Shown: positions 25,362 to 34,985 of the stretch, in pieces
Position numbering within the stretch: position 1 is the first letter of the stretch
Layout of the letters: each line of letters begins with the position of its first letter
From: Bryobacterales bacterium
GTDB taxonomy: Bacteria > Acidobacteriota > Terriglobia > Bryobacterales > UBA6623
NCBI GenBank assembly: GCA_965214655.1
Contig: OZ243965.1
Location: 1,669,716 to 1,733,715 of the forward strand
DNA length: 64,000 nt
Reading direction: 5' to 3'
Program-made: the position numbers and the translations under genes
Notes under the pieces: generated by a model
Databases searched by the model: none
Told to the model about the DNA's origin: nothing
Seen by the model: only the letters and a program-made list of their open reading frames with translations

Positions 25362-26759
25362 ATGGAAAATTTCTCGGCGGATCGCCGAACGTTCCTCAGA
25401 GCGGGGGCGGCGACGGCTGTTGCGGGCTTGTTCGGGTGCTCCGCGCCGGAGCGGCAGGAGGGCAGGAAGCCCAACATCGTCATCGTCATCGCGGACGACC
25501 TGGCTTGGCGCGACATCGGCTGCTACGGCGCAACGCAGGTCGCGACGCCCAATATCGACAGGCTGGCCGCCGAGGGCATGCGCTTCGAGCGCACGTTCAC
25601 GGCCACGGCGATGTGCGCCCCGATGCGCCAGCAGATGTACACGGGCATCTTCCCGGTGCGCAACGGCGCCTACCCCAACCACTCGCAGTCGAAGCCGGGC
25701 GTGAAAAGCATCCCGCACTATTTCCAGCCGATGGGTTACCGCACGGCGCTGAGCGGCAAGAAACATTTCGGGCCGCCGGAAAACTATCCGTTCGAGTTCC
25801 TCGGAGACGGCAAGGACGTCGCTTATGAAGCGATTGACGAGTTCATCGCGCGCGACCCCGAGCAACCCTACTTCCTGGTGGCGTGCTCGAACGAGCCGCA
25901 TCTGCCCTGGAACCGCGGCGACGCGGCGAAGTTCGACCCGCAATCGTTCGCGCTGCCTCCCTATCTGGTCGATACACCCGAAACGCGGAAGGCGCTGGCC
26001 GCCTACTATGCCGAAGTCGAATATCTCGACGGACAGGTCGGCCGCTTGACGGCGGCGGTGGAAAAATCGGGCCGGGCCGACAATACGATTTTCATTTTCT
26101 GCAGCGAGCAGGGCGTCCAGTTTCCGCACGGCAAATGGACCTGCTACGACCTGGGCTTGCGCCAAGGCTGGATCGTGCGCTGGCCGGCGCGGGTCAAGGC
26201 AGGTTCGCTGGCGCAGGCAATGGTCCAGGGCGTCGACGCCTTGCCGACCTTGATCGAAGCGGCGGGAGGAGACCCTTCCGTCCACGATTTCGACGGCAAG
26301 AGCTACCTGGCCGTTTTGGACGGCCGCGCGGAGCGTCACGCCGACCATGTTTACGGCGTGCATACCACGCGGGGCATCATTCAAGGCAGCCGCTGCTATC
26401 CGGTGCGGTCGGTGCGCGACGAGCGGCACAAGCTGATCTGGAATCCCAACTACACGACGAAGTTTCAGAACGTTCTCACGGAAGCGGACAACTCGGGGTA
26501 TTGGTCGAGTTGGCTGGAAAAGGCCAAGACGGACGCCGCGGCGGCGGCTCTCGTGGGGATGTATCAACAACGTCCGGAGTTCGAGTTTTACGATGTCGTT
26601 GCGGACCCGCTCGAATTGACCAATCTTGCCGAAAACCCCGATCACGCCCCAAAGATTGCGCTGCTGAAGGCGAAGCTCGACGCCTGGATGGAGCAGCAAG
26701 GCGATAGCGGAAACGAAACCGAGATGGCCGTCAAGGCGCACAAGACCGGCATCGTCTAG
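25362..26759 (+). CDS. sulfatase (formylglycine-dependent, arylsulfatase A family)
   Basis: I place the start at ATG 25362 (MENFSADRRTFLRAGAATAVAGLFGC). PNIVIVIADDL and the CxPxR motif in TATAMCAPMRQQMYTG. The upstream 380 codons of the 845-aa track ORF are antisense to the Cache genes. Confidence 0.88.
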   Translation: MENFSADRRTFLRAGAATAVAGLFGCSAPERQEGRKPNIVIVIADDLAWRDIGCYGATQVATPNIDRLAAEGMRFERTFTATAMCAPMRQQMYTGIFPVRNGAYPNHSQSKPGVKSIPHYFQPMGYRTALSGKKHFGPPENYPFEFLGDGKDVAYEAIDEFIARDPEQPYFLVACSNEPHLPWNRGDAAKFDPQSFALPPYLVDTPETRKALAAYYAEVEYLDGQVGRLTAAVEKSGRADNTIFIFCSEQGVQFPHGKWTCYDLGLRQGWIVRWPARVKAGSLAQAMVQGVDALPTLIEAAGGDPSVHDFDGKSYLAVLDGRAERHADHVYGVHTTRGIIQGSRCYPVRSVRDERHKLIWNPNYTTKFQNVLTEADNSGYWSSWLEKAKTDAAAAALVGMYQQRPEFEFYDVVADPLELTNLAENPDHAPKIALLKAKLDAWMEQQGDSGNETEMAVKAHKTGIV

Positions 26760-26782
26760 CCGCCCGCGTCCGGGAGCGAAAT

Positions 26783-29242
26783 TTGTTGACGCCGCGCCGC
26801 CTCGATGCGTATTCTGCCATTGTGAGCTTGCGGCTGCCGCCTATCCGCTTGCTGCCCGTGCTACTCGCCGCGGCGCCGAGTTGGGCGGGAGTGTCTTTCG
26901 AGCCGCCCGACATTCATCTGCAAGGTCCGGGCGCGGCGCAGAGGTTTCTTGTCCGCGGGGGCGGCGGCTGCACGGTAACGAGCGGCGACCCCGGCATTGT
27001 CGGCGTCGCGGGGAACCGTCTGATCGGGCGGCGCGGCGGAACAGCGGAGCTTTCCGTGCGCTGCGCCGAGGGTTCGAGCCGGGTTTCGGTGCGGGTGGGC
27101 GAAGCCGCCGCCGCCGTCGGGATCGGTTTCGAGCGCGATTTGCTGTCGATCTTCACCACGAAGGGCTGCAACAGCTCGGCCTGCCACGGCTCGCCCGCCG
27201 GGCAAAACGGCTTCAAGCTGTCGCTCTACGGTTCCGACGCGAAAGCCGACCACGAGATGATCGTGCGCCGCGATGACGGACGCAGGGTCTCGCTGCAAGC
27301 GCCGGAGGAATCGTTGCTGCTGGCCAAGCCTTCGTTCCGTGTGGCCCACGGCGGCGGTCAGCTCATGACTCCGCAGGCGGACGAATACCGCACCATCCTC
27401 GATTGGCTCCGGCAGGGAGCGCGGTATGAAGCAGCGGGCGTTCGCCTGGAACGGCTGGAGATGTATCCCGGCGAAAGCGTGCTCGTCGGCGCCGGAGCGG
27501 CGCAGCCGCTCATCGTCATCGGCAGACTCTCCAACGGCTCGACCCGCGATATGTCCCATGAGGTGCGCTACGCCGTCAACGACGCGTCCGTAGTGTCCGA
27601 GGTCGAGGACGGCCGGGTGACTGCGCAAGGGCGCGGCCTGACCACGGTCACCGCTCGGGCGATGGGCAAGGTCGCTACGGCGCAGTTCATCGTGATCGAC
27701 GCAGCCGCCGGAGACGCATATCGGGCGCCGGACCCGAACAACTTCATCGATGAGCACGTCTTCCGCAAGTTGCGGGAAGTCAATATCGAGCCGTTCCCAT
27801 TGACTGCGGACCGCGCCTTCGTGCGCCGCGTTTTCCTCGACGCGGCGGGCGTCTTGCCGACAACCGACGAGGCCGAAAGTTTCGCCGCAAGCCGGGATCC
27901 GCACAAGCGGTCGAAGCTGATCGACCGCCTGCTGGAGCGCGAGGAGTACGCAACGCATTGGTTGGTCAAATTCGAGGACTGGTTCCGCAATTCCCAGTAC
28001 TACTCGCAGGGCCGCACCAACGGTTCGTACAAGCGCTGGCTTCACGACGCGATCCGCGAGGACAAGCCCTACGACGCCGCAGTGCGGGAGATGATTACCG
28101 CGGTCGGGGACACGACCGTGCGGCCGGCCGGGAATTTCTGGCATCCGGCAATCGATTTCATGTTGAAAAAATTCGAGATCGAGAAGGCCGTGCCGACGGT
28201 GACGCGCCTTTTCCTCGGACAGCGGATCGAATGCGCGCAGTGCCATAATCATCCGCTGGAAAATCTGACGCAAGACGATTTTTACGGCATGGCGGCGTTC
28301 CTGGCGCGGATGAAGGTCAAGCACGGTTACGGGCAGTACCGCCGGGTTTGGTACAACGAGCGGCGAGGCGAGGTTGCCCATCCGCTGACGGGCAAGCCGG
28401 TGGCGCCCAAATTCCTGGGCGGCGAAGCCGCGGACGTACCGCCGGGCGTCGACCGCCGCGAGGTCCTGGCCGACTGGATTACGCGCGAACGCAAGATGCA
28501 GTTCGCGCGCGCTGCGGTCAACCGCATCTGGCACGAGTATTTCGGCCGCGGCATTGTCGAGCCGTTCGACGACTTCCGTTCGACGAACCGCGCGACTCAT
28601 CCGCAACTGCTCGACGATCTGGCGCGGCTTTTCATCGACTCCGGTTTTCGGTTCAAGGCGGCGCACCGGGCGATCCTCAACTCGAAGACCTACCAGCTCA
28701 GCGCGCACACTGCGGGCCGCGCCGGCGGCGAAGACCCGCTGGAAGAGATTCTGTTCGCGCGCTATGTCCCCCGCAAGCTGCCCGCCGAGGTCTTGCTCGA
28801 CGCGATCGCGCAGGTGACCGGCAGCCCGGAAGAGTTTCGCGGCTACCCGCCGGGAACGTCGCCGAAAGAATTGATCGCCTCCATTGGCGCGACCTATTTT
28901 CTGACGACGTTCGGCCACCCGCGGCGCGATGTCATGGAAGCCCGAGCGAACGCCCCTTCGCTCGCGCAGGCGCTGCACATGATGAACGGAGACGTGCTGC
29001 AGGAAAGACTCGCCGCGGAAGACAACATCCTCAGTTCCCTTGTCGGCCGCGGCTTGAGCGATCGGGAAATCGTCCGCAGGCTCTACGTGCGCGCCCATTC
29101 CGCAGAGCCGGACGGGGAAAAAGCCGCGGCGGTCGAGCAGTATCTCGCGGCGGAACGCAGCGCGGGGCGGAGCCGCCGTCGAGGACTCGAGAACGTCTTG
29201 TGGGCTATCCTGAATGCCAAGGAGTTTCAGCTGAACCGCTGA
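26783..29242 (+). CDS. DUF1549/DUF1553 (PSCyt/PSD) domain protein with Ig-like domain
   Basis: 819 aa. CNSSACHGSPAGQNGFKLSLYG (PSCyt1-like), IECAQCHNHPLE (DUF1549 signature) and a DUF1553-like C-terminal half. The TTG start is uncertain; an alternative is GTG about 40 nt downstream. Confidence 0.8.
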   Translation: MLTPRRLDAYSAIVSLRLPPIRLLPVLLAAAPSWAGVSFEPPDIHLQGPGAAQRFLVRGGGGCTVTSGDPGIVGVAGNRLIGRRGGTAELSVRCAEGSSRVSVRVGEAAAAVGIGFERDLLSIFTTKGCNSSACHGSPAGQNGFKLSLYGSDAKADHEMIVRRDDGRRVSLQAPEESLLLAKPSFRVAHGGGQLMTPQADEYRTILDWLRQGARYEAAGVRLERLEMYPGESVLVGAGAAQPLIVIGRLSNGSTRDMSHEVRYAVNDASVVSEVEDGRVTAQGRGLTTVTARAMGKVATAQFIVIDAAAGDAYRAPDPNNFIDEHVFRKLREVNIEPFPLTADRAFVRRVFLDAAGVLPTTDEAESFAASRDPHKRSKLIDRLLEREEYATHWLVKFEDWFRNSQYYSQGRTNGSYKRWLHDAIREDKPYDAAVREMITAVGDTTVRPAGNFWHPAIDFMLKKFEIEKAVPTVTRLFLGQRIECAQCHNHPLENLTQDDFYGMAAFLARMKVKHGYGQYRRVWYNERRGEVAHPLTGKPVAPKFLGGEAADVPPGVDRREVLADWITRERKMQFARAAVNRIWHEYFGRGIVEPFDDFRSTNRATHPQLLDDLARLFIDSGFRFKAAHRAILNSKTYQLSAHTAGRAGGEDPLEEILFARYVPRKLPAEVLLDAIAQVTGSPEEFRGYPPGTSPKELIASIGATYFLTTFGHPRRDVMEARANAPSLAQALHMMNGDVLQERLAAEDNILSSLVGRGLSDREIVRRLYVRAHSAEPDGEKAAAVEQYLAAERSAGRSRRRGLENVLWAILNAKEFQLNR

Positions 29243-29254
29243 GTCGCCGTCGCC

Positions 29255-30529
29255 ATGCTGCTTTCCGGAATGCGTTCGCGCTACAGCCGCCGCGACGTGC
29301 TGCGGCTGGGCGGCGTTGCGTTCGGCGGCATTTCGCAGGCAAACATGCTGCAAGCGTCGACCGCGGGGCGCAAGGAAATCTCCTGCCTGATCTTCTTTCA
29401 GCAGGGCGGTTTGTGCCAGCACGATTCGTTCGACCCCAAGCCCGAAGCGCCGCGCGAGATTCGCGGCGGCTTCGGCACGATTCCGACGGCGCAGCCGGGG
29501 GTTCGGTTCAGCGAGTTGATGCCGCGCTTGGCCAAGGACTTCAACCGGTTTTCCGTCATCCGCTCGATGTATTCGCGCGAGGCGATTCACGAGAAAGCCA
29601 AGCAATACATCTTCTCCGGGCAGCGGCCGAACAACGCATTCAAGCATCCGGTTTACGGCTCGGTCGCGGCCCGCGAGCTGGGCACCCGCAACGGCTTGCC
29701 GCCGTTCGTGGTGATTCCCAAAAAGGATATCTGCGCCGATGCCGGATTTCTGGGCTCGGCCTACGATCCGTTCATTACCGGCGATCCGAACAAGGAGAAT
29801 TTCTCGGTTCAGGACCTGACGCTGCCGACCGGACTCGGTCTCGAAGAGGCCGCGGGCCGCGCCAGGCTGCTTGCCGCGCTCGATGCCTCGCTGGAGCGCA
29901 TGGAGAAATCTCAGGTGGTTGCCGGCATGGAGCATTTCTACAGCAAAGCGCTGGCTCTGGTGAGCTCGCCCCAGGCCAAGAAAGCGTTCGACTTGGGGGC
30001 GGAACCGGACAGGCTGCGGGACGATTACGGGCGGACCACCGCCGGACAAGGAGCGCTTCTCGCGCGGCGGCTGATCGAGGCCGGCGTGCGCTTGGCGGCG
30101 CTCTTCCACGGGGGGTACGACACGCACACCGACAACGACAAAACCAACAAGGATCTTTACCCCGAGTTCGACCAGGCGTTCTCGACGCTGTTGGCGGACA
30201 TGGACAGCCGCGGGCTGCTGGAGAGCACCCTGGTTTTGGCGATCGGCGAATTCGGGCGCACCCCGAAGATCAATCACTCGGCAGGCCGCGATCACTGGCC
30301 CGGCGTGTTTTCGGTTGTAGCGGCAGGCGCCGGAGTTCCCGGAGGACAGGCGATCGGCGCATCCGACGCCAAGGGCGCAGAGCCGGTCGACCGGGCGGTT
30401 TCGGTCGAAGACCTCGGAGCAACGGTGTACAAAAAGCTCGGCATCGACTGGAACGAGGAGTACCACACCAACGGGCGCCCGGTGAAGATCAATGACGGCG
30501 GCGCCCCGATTCGCGAGTTGTTCGGTTAG
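29255..30529 (+). CDS. DUF1501 domain protein (sulfatase-like fold, Tat signal)
   Basis: 424 aa with SRRDVLRLGG, SCLIFFQQGGLCQHDSFDPKPEAP and GEFGRTPKINHSAGRDHWP, typical of DUF1501. Starts 12 nt after the DUF1549/1553 gene. Confidence 0.85.
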   Translation: MLLSGMRSRYSRRDVLRLGGVAFGGISQANMLQASTAGRKEISCLIFFQQGGLCQHDSFDPKPEAPREIRGGFGTIPTAQPGVRFSELMPRLAKDFNRFSVIRSMYSREAIHEKAKQYIFSGQRPNNAFKHPVYGSVAARELGTRNGLPPFVVIPKKDICADAGFLGSAYDPFITGDPNKENFSVQDLTLPTGLGLEEAAGRARLLAALDASLERMEKSQVVAGMEHFYSKALALVSSPQAKKAFDLGAEPDRLRDDYGRTTAGQGALLARRLIEAGVRLAALFHGGYDTHTDNDKTNKDLYPEFDQAFSTLLADMDSRGLLESTLVLAIGEFGRTPKINHSAGRDHWPGVFSVVAAGAGVPGGQAIGASDAKGAEPVDRAVSVEDLGATVYKKLGIDWNEEYHTNGRPVKINDGGAPIRELFG

Positions 30530-30542
30530 GCGAACGGGTCGA

Positions 30543-32435
30543 ATGCGGCGCCGCGCACGGTTGTTGTTCCTTGTTTCTCCGCTGCTGCCGGCGGCGGCAA
30601 GCTTCGCCGCCGAAGATCCCGACGACCCTTGGGTCGATCGTTTCGAGCCGCTCGGCGGGCAGCGGGGCGCGACCGTCGCCGTCGAGCTTGTCGGCAAAAA
30701 CCTTGGGCAGCCTTTGGATGTGGCCTTCGATTCCCCGCATCTGGTCTGGGAAAACGGCGGGGAAGCTGCGGACTCGAAAGTAAGCGGACGCATTCGGATC
30801 GACTCCCAAGCCGAGTTGGGCCCGCACATTGCCACGCTGATTACCGCCGCGGGACGCGCCAATTCGCGGCTGTTCTACGTCGATGCGTTTCCCTCGACCT
30901 ATGAAGTCGAGCCCAACGACCTGCTCGACCGAGCCCAGTCGATCGAGCTCAAGCCGCAAACGCTGCAGGGCGCGATGCACGAGCTCGCCGACATCGACTG
31001 TTTCCGCTTCGCGGCCCGCGCGGGCGAGCGCTGGACGTTCGATTTGCGCTCGCTCGAATACGGCGGCTTTCTCGAAAACAATTTGACGCTGCTGGACGCG
31101 GCCGGCCGGCGCGTGGCCTTCAACGACGACCGCGACGATTACCTGGAGACGCCCTTTCTGGAGCATACCTTCGACAACGACGGAAATTACTACCTGAAGC
31201 TCGATCAGTACCGCGGGCCGCAGCGCGTGAACTGCGCAAGGAATTGCGGTTACATGCTGCGCATCTCGCAGCTTCCCGCGGTCGATGCGGTTTTCCCCTT
31301 GGGCGCCCGCGCCGGTTCGAGCGTGCTGGTTTCGCTGCGCGGCCGCGCGTTGGATACGATCCGGGAGGTCTATCTCACTGCAGTTCGGGGCGCGGAATAT
31401 TACCGGCTGACTTTTCCCTATACGATCCCCGTCAGCAGCGGGGCGGACCGTCGCGCGCGCATCGCCGGCAAGGTTCTGGAGTGCGGCCAAAACGAATGCC
31501 GGGTCGCATTCGATATCCCGCCGCAGGCGCCCAAAGGGCTCTGGCGCCTGTGGACGCGCGGGCCGCACGGAGTCGACGACCGCCTGAGCTTTGAAATCTC
31601 GGATATGCCGGAAACGGATGCAAGCACGATCCGCATTCCCCCCGCAGGCGTCGTTGTCAACGGCTCGTTGGACCGCGAAGGCGGCGAGGACGTTTACAGC
31701 ATCGAGGTCCGCGCGGGAAAGCCGATTGCCGTCGCCGGCCTCGCCGCGCAGATGGGCTTGCCCTATATGGACCCGGTGCTCGAGTTGTTCGACGGCGAGG
31801 GCAGGCTTTTGGCCGAGCACGACGACTTGATGGCCGGCGCCGGAACGGTGATCGGCAACCTCGATCCGTTGCTGCACTTCACGCCGGAGTCCGACGGCAG
31901 GCTCAAGTTGGTCGTGCGCGACCGCATCGGCCGCGGCGGCCCGTCATTCGTCTATCGCCTGCGGGTCGAAGAGCGGCCGCCCGGCTTTGCGCTGCTTTCC
32001 GACCCGGAAAACCTGAACCTGCGCAGCGGGGCAACGGAGCGGATGGGGGTTTTGCTGATACGCGAGCCCGGATTCGACGAGGCGGTCGACGTGTGGGTCG
32101 AGGGGTTGCCCGAAGGCATTGCCGCAACGCAGGGCAGGTTTCGAGCCGATCAGTTTTTTGGACCCTCGGGCGACGGCGACAACGTGATTATCCCCGAGGT
32201 TCTCCTGGAGCTGACCGTCACTGCCGCCGCGCCCCCCGGAGATTATCCGATTCGCGTGCGCGGCCGTGCGGCAGGGCGTTCCGCAACGGTGGAAGCGATT
32301 GCGACGTTGTGGATCGGGCCGCCGCGGAAACGCAATGACGTCCGCCGGCCGCTGCCTGCGGTTCTTTTGACGGTCCTGCGCCCGGACGGGCAGCCGCCGT
32401 CCGGCGGCGCGGGGAAGACTTCCGACGCCCGCTGA
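30543..32435 (+). CDS. secreted protein with pre-peptidase C-terminal (PPC)-like repeats
   Basis: I place the start at ATG 30543 (MRRRARLLFLVSPLLPAAASFAAE). YEVEPNDLLDRAQSI...GAMHELADIDCFRFAARAGERWTFDL resembles a PPC domain. A second, similar unit is GSLDREGGEDVYSIEVRAGKPIAV. Confidence 0.6.
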   Translation: MRRRARLLFLVSPLLPAAASFAAEDPDDPWVDRFEPLGGQRGATVAVELVGKNLGQPLDVAFDSPHLVWENGGEAADSKVSGRIRIDSQAELGPHIATLITAAGRANSRLFYVDAFPSTYEVEPNDLLDRAQSIELKPQTLQGAMHELADIDCFRFAARAGERWTFDLRSLEYGGFLENNLTLLDAAGRRVAFNDDRDDYLETPFLEHTFDNDGNYYLKLDQYRGPQRVNCARNCGYMLRISQLPAVDAVFPLGARAGSSVLVSLRGRALDTIREVYLTAVRGAEYYRLTFPYTIPVSSGADRRARIAGKVLECGQNECRVAFDIPPQAPKGLWRLWTRGPHGVDDRLSFEISDMPETDASTIRIPPAGVVVNGSLDREGGEDVYSIEVRAGKPIAVAGLAAQMGLPYMDPVLELFDGEGRLLAEHDDLMAGAGTVIGNLDPLLHFTPESDGRLKLVVRDRIGRGGPSFVYRLRVEERPPGFALLSDPENLNLRSGATERMGVLLIREPGFDEAVDVWVEGLPEGIAATQGRFRADQFFGPSGDGDNVIIPEVLLELTVTAAAPPGDYPIRVRGRAAGRSATVEAIATLWIGPPRKRNDVRRPLPAVLLTVLRPDGQPPSGGAGKTSDAR

Positions 32436-33329
32436 TCAGCCCCGCGGGTGGCGCTTGTCGTAGACCTCGCGCAGGCGCTTGCGCAGAACGTGCGTGTAAA
32501 TCTGCGTGGTCGAAATGTCGGCGTGGCCGAGCATCATCTGCAGGCTGCGCAGATCCGCGCCGCGTTCGAGCAAGTGGGTGGCGAAACTGTGCCGCAGCAC
32601 GTGCGGCGTGAGCCGCTTGGCGATGCCGGCGGCGAGTCCTTGGCGCTTCAACAGCTTCCAAAAGGCTTGGCGGGTCATTGCCTTGCCGCGCGTCGTGACG
32701 AAAAGATATTCCGACGGCCGGTTTTTCAGAATGACCGAACGCGCGCGGCGCATGTAGTCTTCCAGCGCTTCAAGCGCCTCGCGCCCTACGGGAACGAGAC
32801 GGGTTTTGCCTCCTTTGCCCGTCGTGCGCAGCACGCCCATCTTGGCGTCCATCTCCACGGTCTTTGCCTGCACCAGCTCGGAGACGCGCAGGCCTGTCGC
32901 GTAGAGAAGCTGCATCATCGCATGATTGCGGCTTCCGAGCGGGGATTGGGGGTCCGCAGCGGAGAGCAGACGGTCGATTTCTTCGAGGGACAGATAGTGG
33001 GGGAGCTTTTTCCATTGCAGCGGCGACGTCAGGTTCGCCGTCGGGTCGGCCGCGAGATAGTTCTGCTGCCGGAGATAGACGTAGAGGCTGCGCAGACTCG
33101 ATAGATGGCGGGCGATCGAGCGGGCGCTGAGACCGGCCTCGTAGAGCGAGTCGAGAAACGCGCGCAGGTCGACGTTGTCGGCCCGGCGGATGGACCGCCC
33201 GCGTTCTTGCAGGAAACCGGCGAGGCGCGCGAGGTCTCGGCGGTACGCCTGGAGGCTGTTCGCAGAGAGTCCTTTTTCGACGCGGCAGTAATCGAGATAC
33301 TCCCGGACGATCGTTTCCATCGAGATCAC
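32436..33329 (-). CDS. xerD: site-specific tyrosine recombinase XerD (XerC/XerD family)
   Basis: 297 aa with YLDYCRVEKGLSANSLQAYRRDL, ATGLRVSELV, HVLRHSFATHLL and LGHADISTTQIYTHV. Confidence 0.85.
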   Translation of the reverse strand: MISMETIVREYLDYCRVEKGLSANSLQAYRRDLARLAGFLQERGRSIRRADNVDLRAFLDSLYEAGLSARSIARHLSSLRSLYVYLRQQNYLAADPTANLTSPLQWKKLPHYLSLEEIDRLLSAADPQSPLGSRNHAMMQLLYATGLRVSELVQAKTVEMDAKMGVLRTTGKGGKTRLVPVGREALEALEDYMRRARSVILKNRPSEYLFVTTRGKAMTRQAFWKLLKRQGLAAGIAKRLTPHVLRHSFATHLLERGADLRSLQMMLGHADISTTQIYTHVLRKRLREVYDKRHPRG

Positions 33330-33366
33330 AACATCTTGCGAATCAGGGCATTACGGGGCCGTACGG

Positions 33367-33395
33367 TTGACAGATCGTTTCCTGTGTATTAGCAT
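33367..33395 (+). promoter_or_regulatory. candidate sigma70-type promoter for the 33428 gene
   Basis: Perfect TTGACA (33367-33372), a 17-nt spacer, then TAGCAT (33390-33395), about 33 nt upstream of the start codon. Pattern match only. Confidence 0.3.
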
Positions 33396-33427
33396 ACGGC
33401 TGAAGGTCAAAACATTCCGTCTATATT

Positions 33428-33937
33428 TTGTCAAACTCTACCACGAAGAAAGTTTACGTGCGGCGCTTCGACCGCGAAGCGCTCGAAGGGTATGTATCGC
33501 CGCAGACGTTCCTGTGCGCGGACGGGATCGAGGTGATCGACCGTGAGGCCGAGGTCGTGCTCGTGCCCTATGAGCAGACGCGGGCCGTTTATTTCGTGCG
33601 CGACTTCAAAGGCGACCCGGAGCCGGACCAACGCAAGATGTTCGCCTCGCGGCCGAAGCTCGGCGGGCTTTGGGTGCAGATGCGCTTCCGCGACGGCGAG
33701 GCGCTCGAGGGAGTGATGCCCAACGACCTGCTGCAGGTCGGCAGGCACGGGGTTACGATCACGCCTCCGGACGCGAACGCCAATACGCAGAAGGTGTTCG
33801 TGCCGCGCAGCGCGCTGGACGGCTTTCAGGTGCTGGGCGTGGTCGGCAGCCCGATTCACCGCCGCAGGGCGCATCCGCAACAGCCCGCCCGGGATCAGAG
33901 GGGCCTGTTCCGCGCTCCGGCCGAAACCGCTTCCTGA
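33428..33937 (+). CDS. hypothetical protein with internal two-fold repeat
   Basis: 169 aa. The two halves share ..RF(D)RE/GEALEG......G......V.VP... by eye. No family recognised. Confidence 0.5.
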   Translation: MSNSTTKKVYVRRFDREALEGYVSPQTFLCADGIEVIDREAEVVLVPYEQTRAVYFVRDFKGDPEPDQRKMFASRPKLGGLWVQMRFRDGEALEGVMPNDLLQVGRHGVTITPPDANANTQKVFVPRSALDGFQVLGVVGSPIHRRRAHPQQPARDQRGLFRAPAETAS

Positions 33938-33953
33938 TTTTTCGCCCGGGCGC

Positions 33954-34874
33954 TTAATGCTCGGCTTCCAGGAAGCGCTCGGCTTCGATGGCGGCCATGC
34001 AGCCGGCGCCGGCCGCAGTGACCGCTTGGCGGTATACCTTGTCTTGCACGTCGCCGGCGTGAAAGACGCCCGCGACGTTGGTGCGCGCGCCGCCGTAGGA
34101 AACGATGTAGCCCTGCTCGTCGAGATCGAGCAGGCCGCGGAACACTTTGGTGTTCGGGATGTGGCCGATGGCCAGGAACAGCGCGTCGGTCTTGTGCTCC
34201 CATTCCTTGCCGTCGATAGTGCTTTTCAACTTGAGGCCGCTGACGGCCTTTTCGGCCGGCTCGAAAACTTCCTCGACCGTGGCGTTGACGATCCAGTCGA
34301 TCTTTTCATTGGCGCGGGCGCGGTCGAGCATGATTTTCGATGCCCGGAACTCGTCGCGGCGGTGGATGATCGTGACTGCGGAAGCGAATTTGGTGAGAAA
34401 GGTCGCTTCTTCCATCGCGCTGTCGCCGCCGCCGACCACGGCTACCGGCTGCCCGCGAAAGAAAAACCCGTCGCAGGTGGCGCAGGAGCTGACGCCGTGG
34501 CCGATGAGTTGCTGCTCGGAATCGAGGCCGAGCCAGCGGGCGGAGGCTCCCGAGGCGACGATCAGAGTTTTCGTTTCGACCTTGTCGTCGCCGATCCAGA
34601 CCTTGAAGGGGCGCTCGGAAAGGTCGACTTTCTCGACGTAGCCGGGCTTGAAGATCGCGCCGAATCGCTGCGCCTGCTTTTTCATGTTCTCGACGAGCTC
34701 GGGGCCCATGATCCCCTCGGGGAAGCCGGGAAAATTCTCGACCTCGGTGGTGAGGGTGAGCTGGCCGCCGGCTTCGGGGCCTTCGATAACGAGGGGCTCC
34801 AGGTTGGCCCGGGCGGCATAGATGGCGGCGGTGGCGCCGGCGCAGCCGGAACCGATAATCAAGACGTTCAGCAT
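33954..34874 (-). CDS. trxB: thioredoxin-disulfide reductase
   Basis: I place the start at ATG 34874 (MLNVLIIGSGCAGATAAIYAARA). Redox-active CATCDGFF, VVGGGDSAMEEA and GVFHAGDV. Confidence 0.92.
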   Translation of the reverse strand: MLNVLIIGSGCAGATAAIYAARANLEPLVIEGPEAGGQLTLTTEVENFPGFPEGIMGPELVENMKKQAQRFGAIFKPGYVEKVDLSERPFKVWIGDDKVETKTLIVASGASARWLGLDSEQQLIGHGVSSCATCDGFFFRGQPVAVVGGGDSAMEEATFLTKFASAVTIIHRRDEFRASKIMLDRARANEKIDWIVNATVEEVFEPAEKAVSGLKLKSTIDGKEWEHKTDALFLAIGHIPNTKVFRGLLDLDEQGYIVSYGGARTNVAGVFHAGDVQDKVYRQAVTAAGAGCMAAIEAERFLEAEH

Positions 34875-34985
34875 GGGGGCGGTTTCTCCCGAAAACGAAT
34901 CTCTCATTCTAACGACGCCCGCGCCGCGCCGGATGCGCGCCTCCGCTTGCGTGACTTTCGCCGCGGATTGCTAGCCTATAATCCG

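Noticed and set aside
24222-26759. 845-aa ORF implying a sulfatase with a 380-aa N-terminal extension.
   Set aside because: The extension is antisense to the Cache-like paralogue B and is compositionally junk. A proper signal peptide and ATG occur at 25362.
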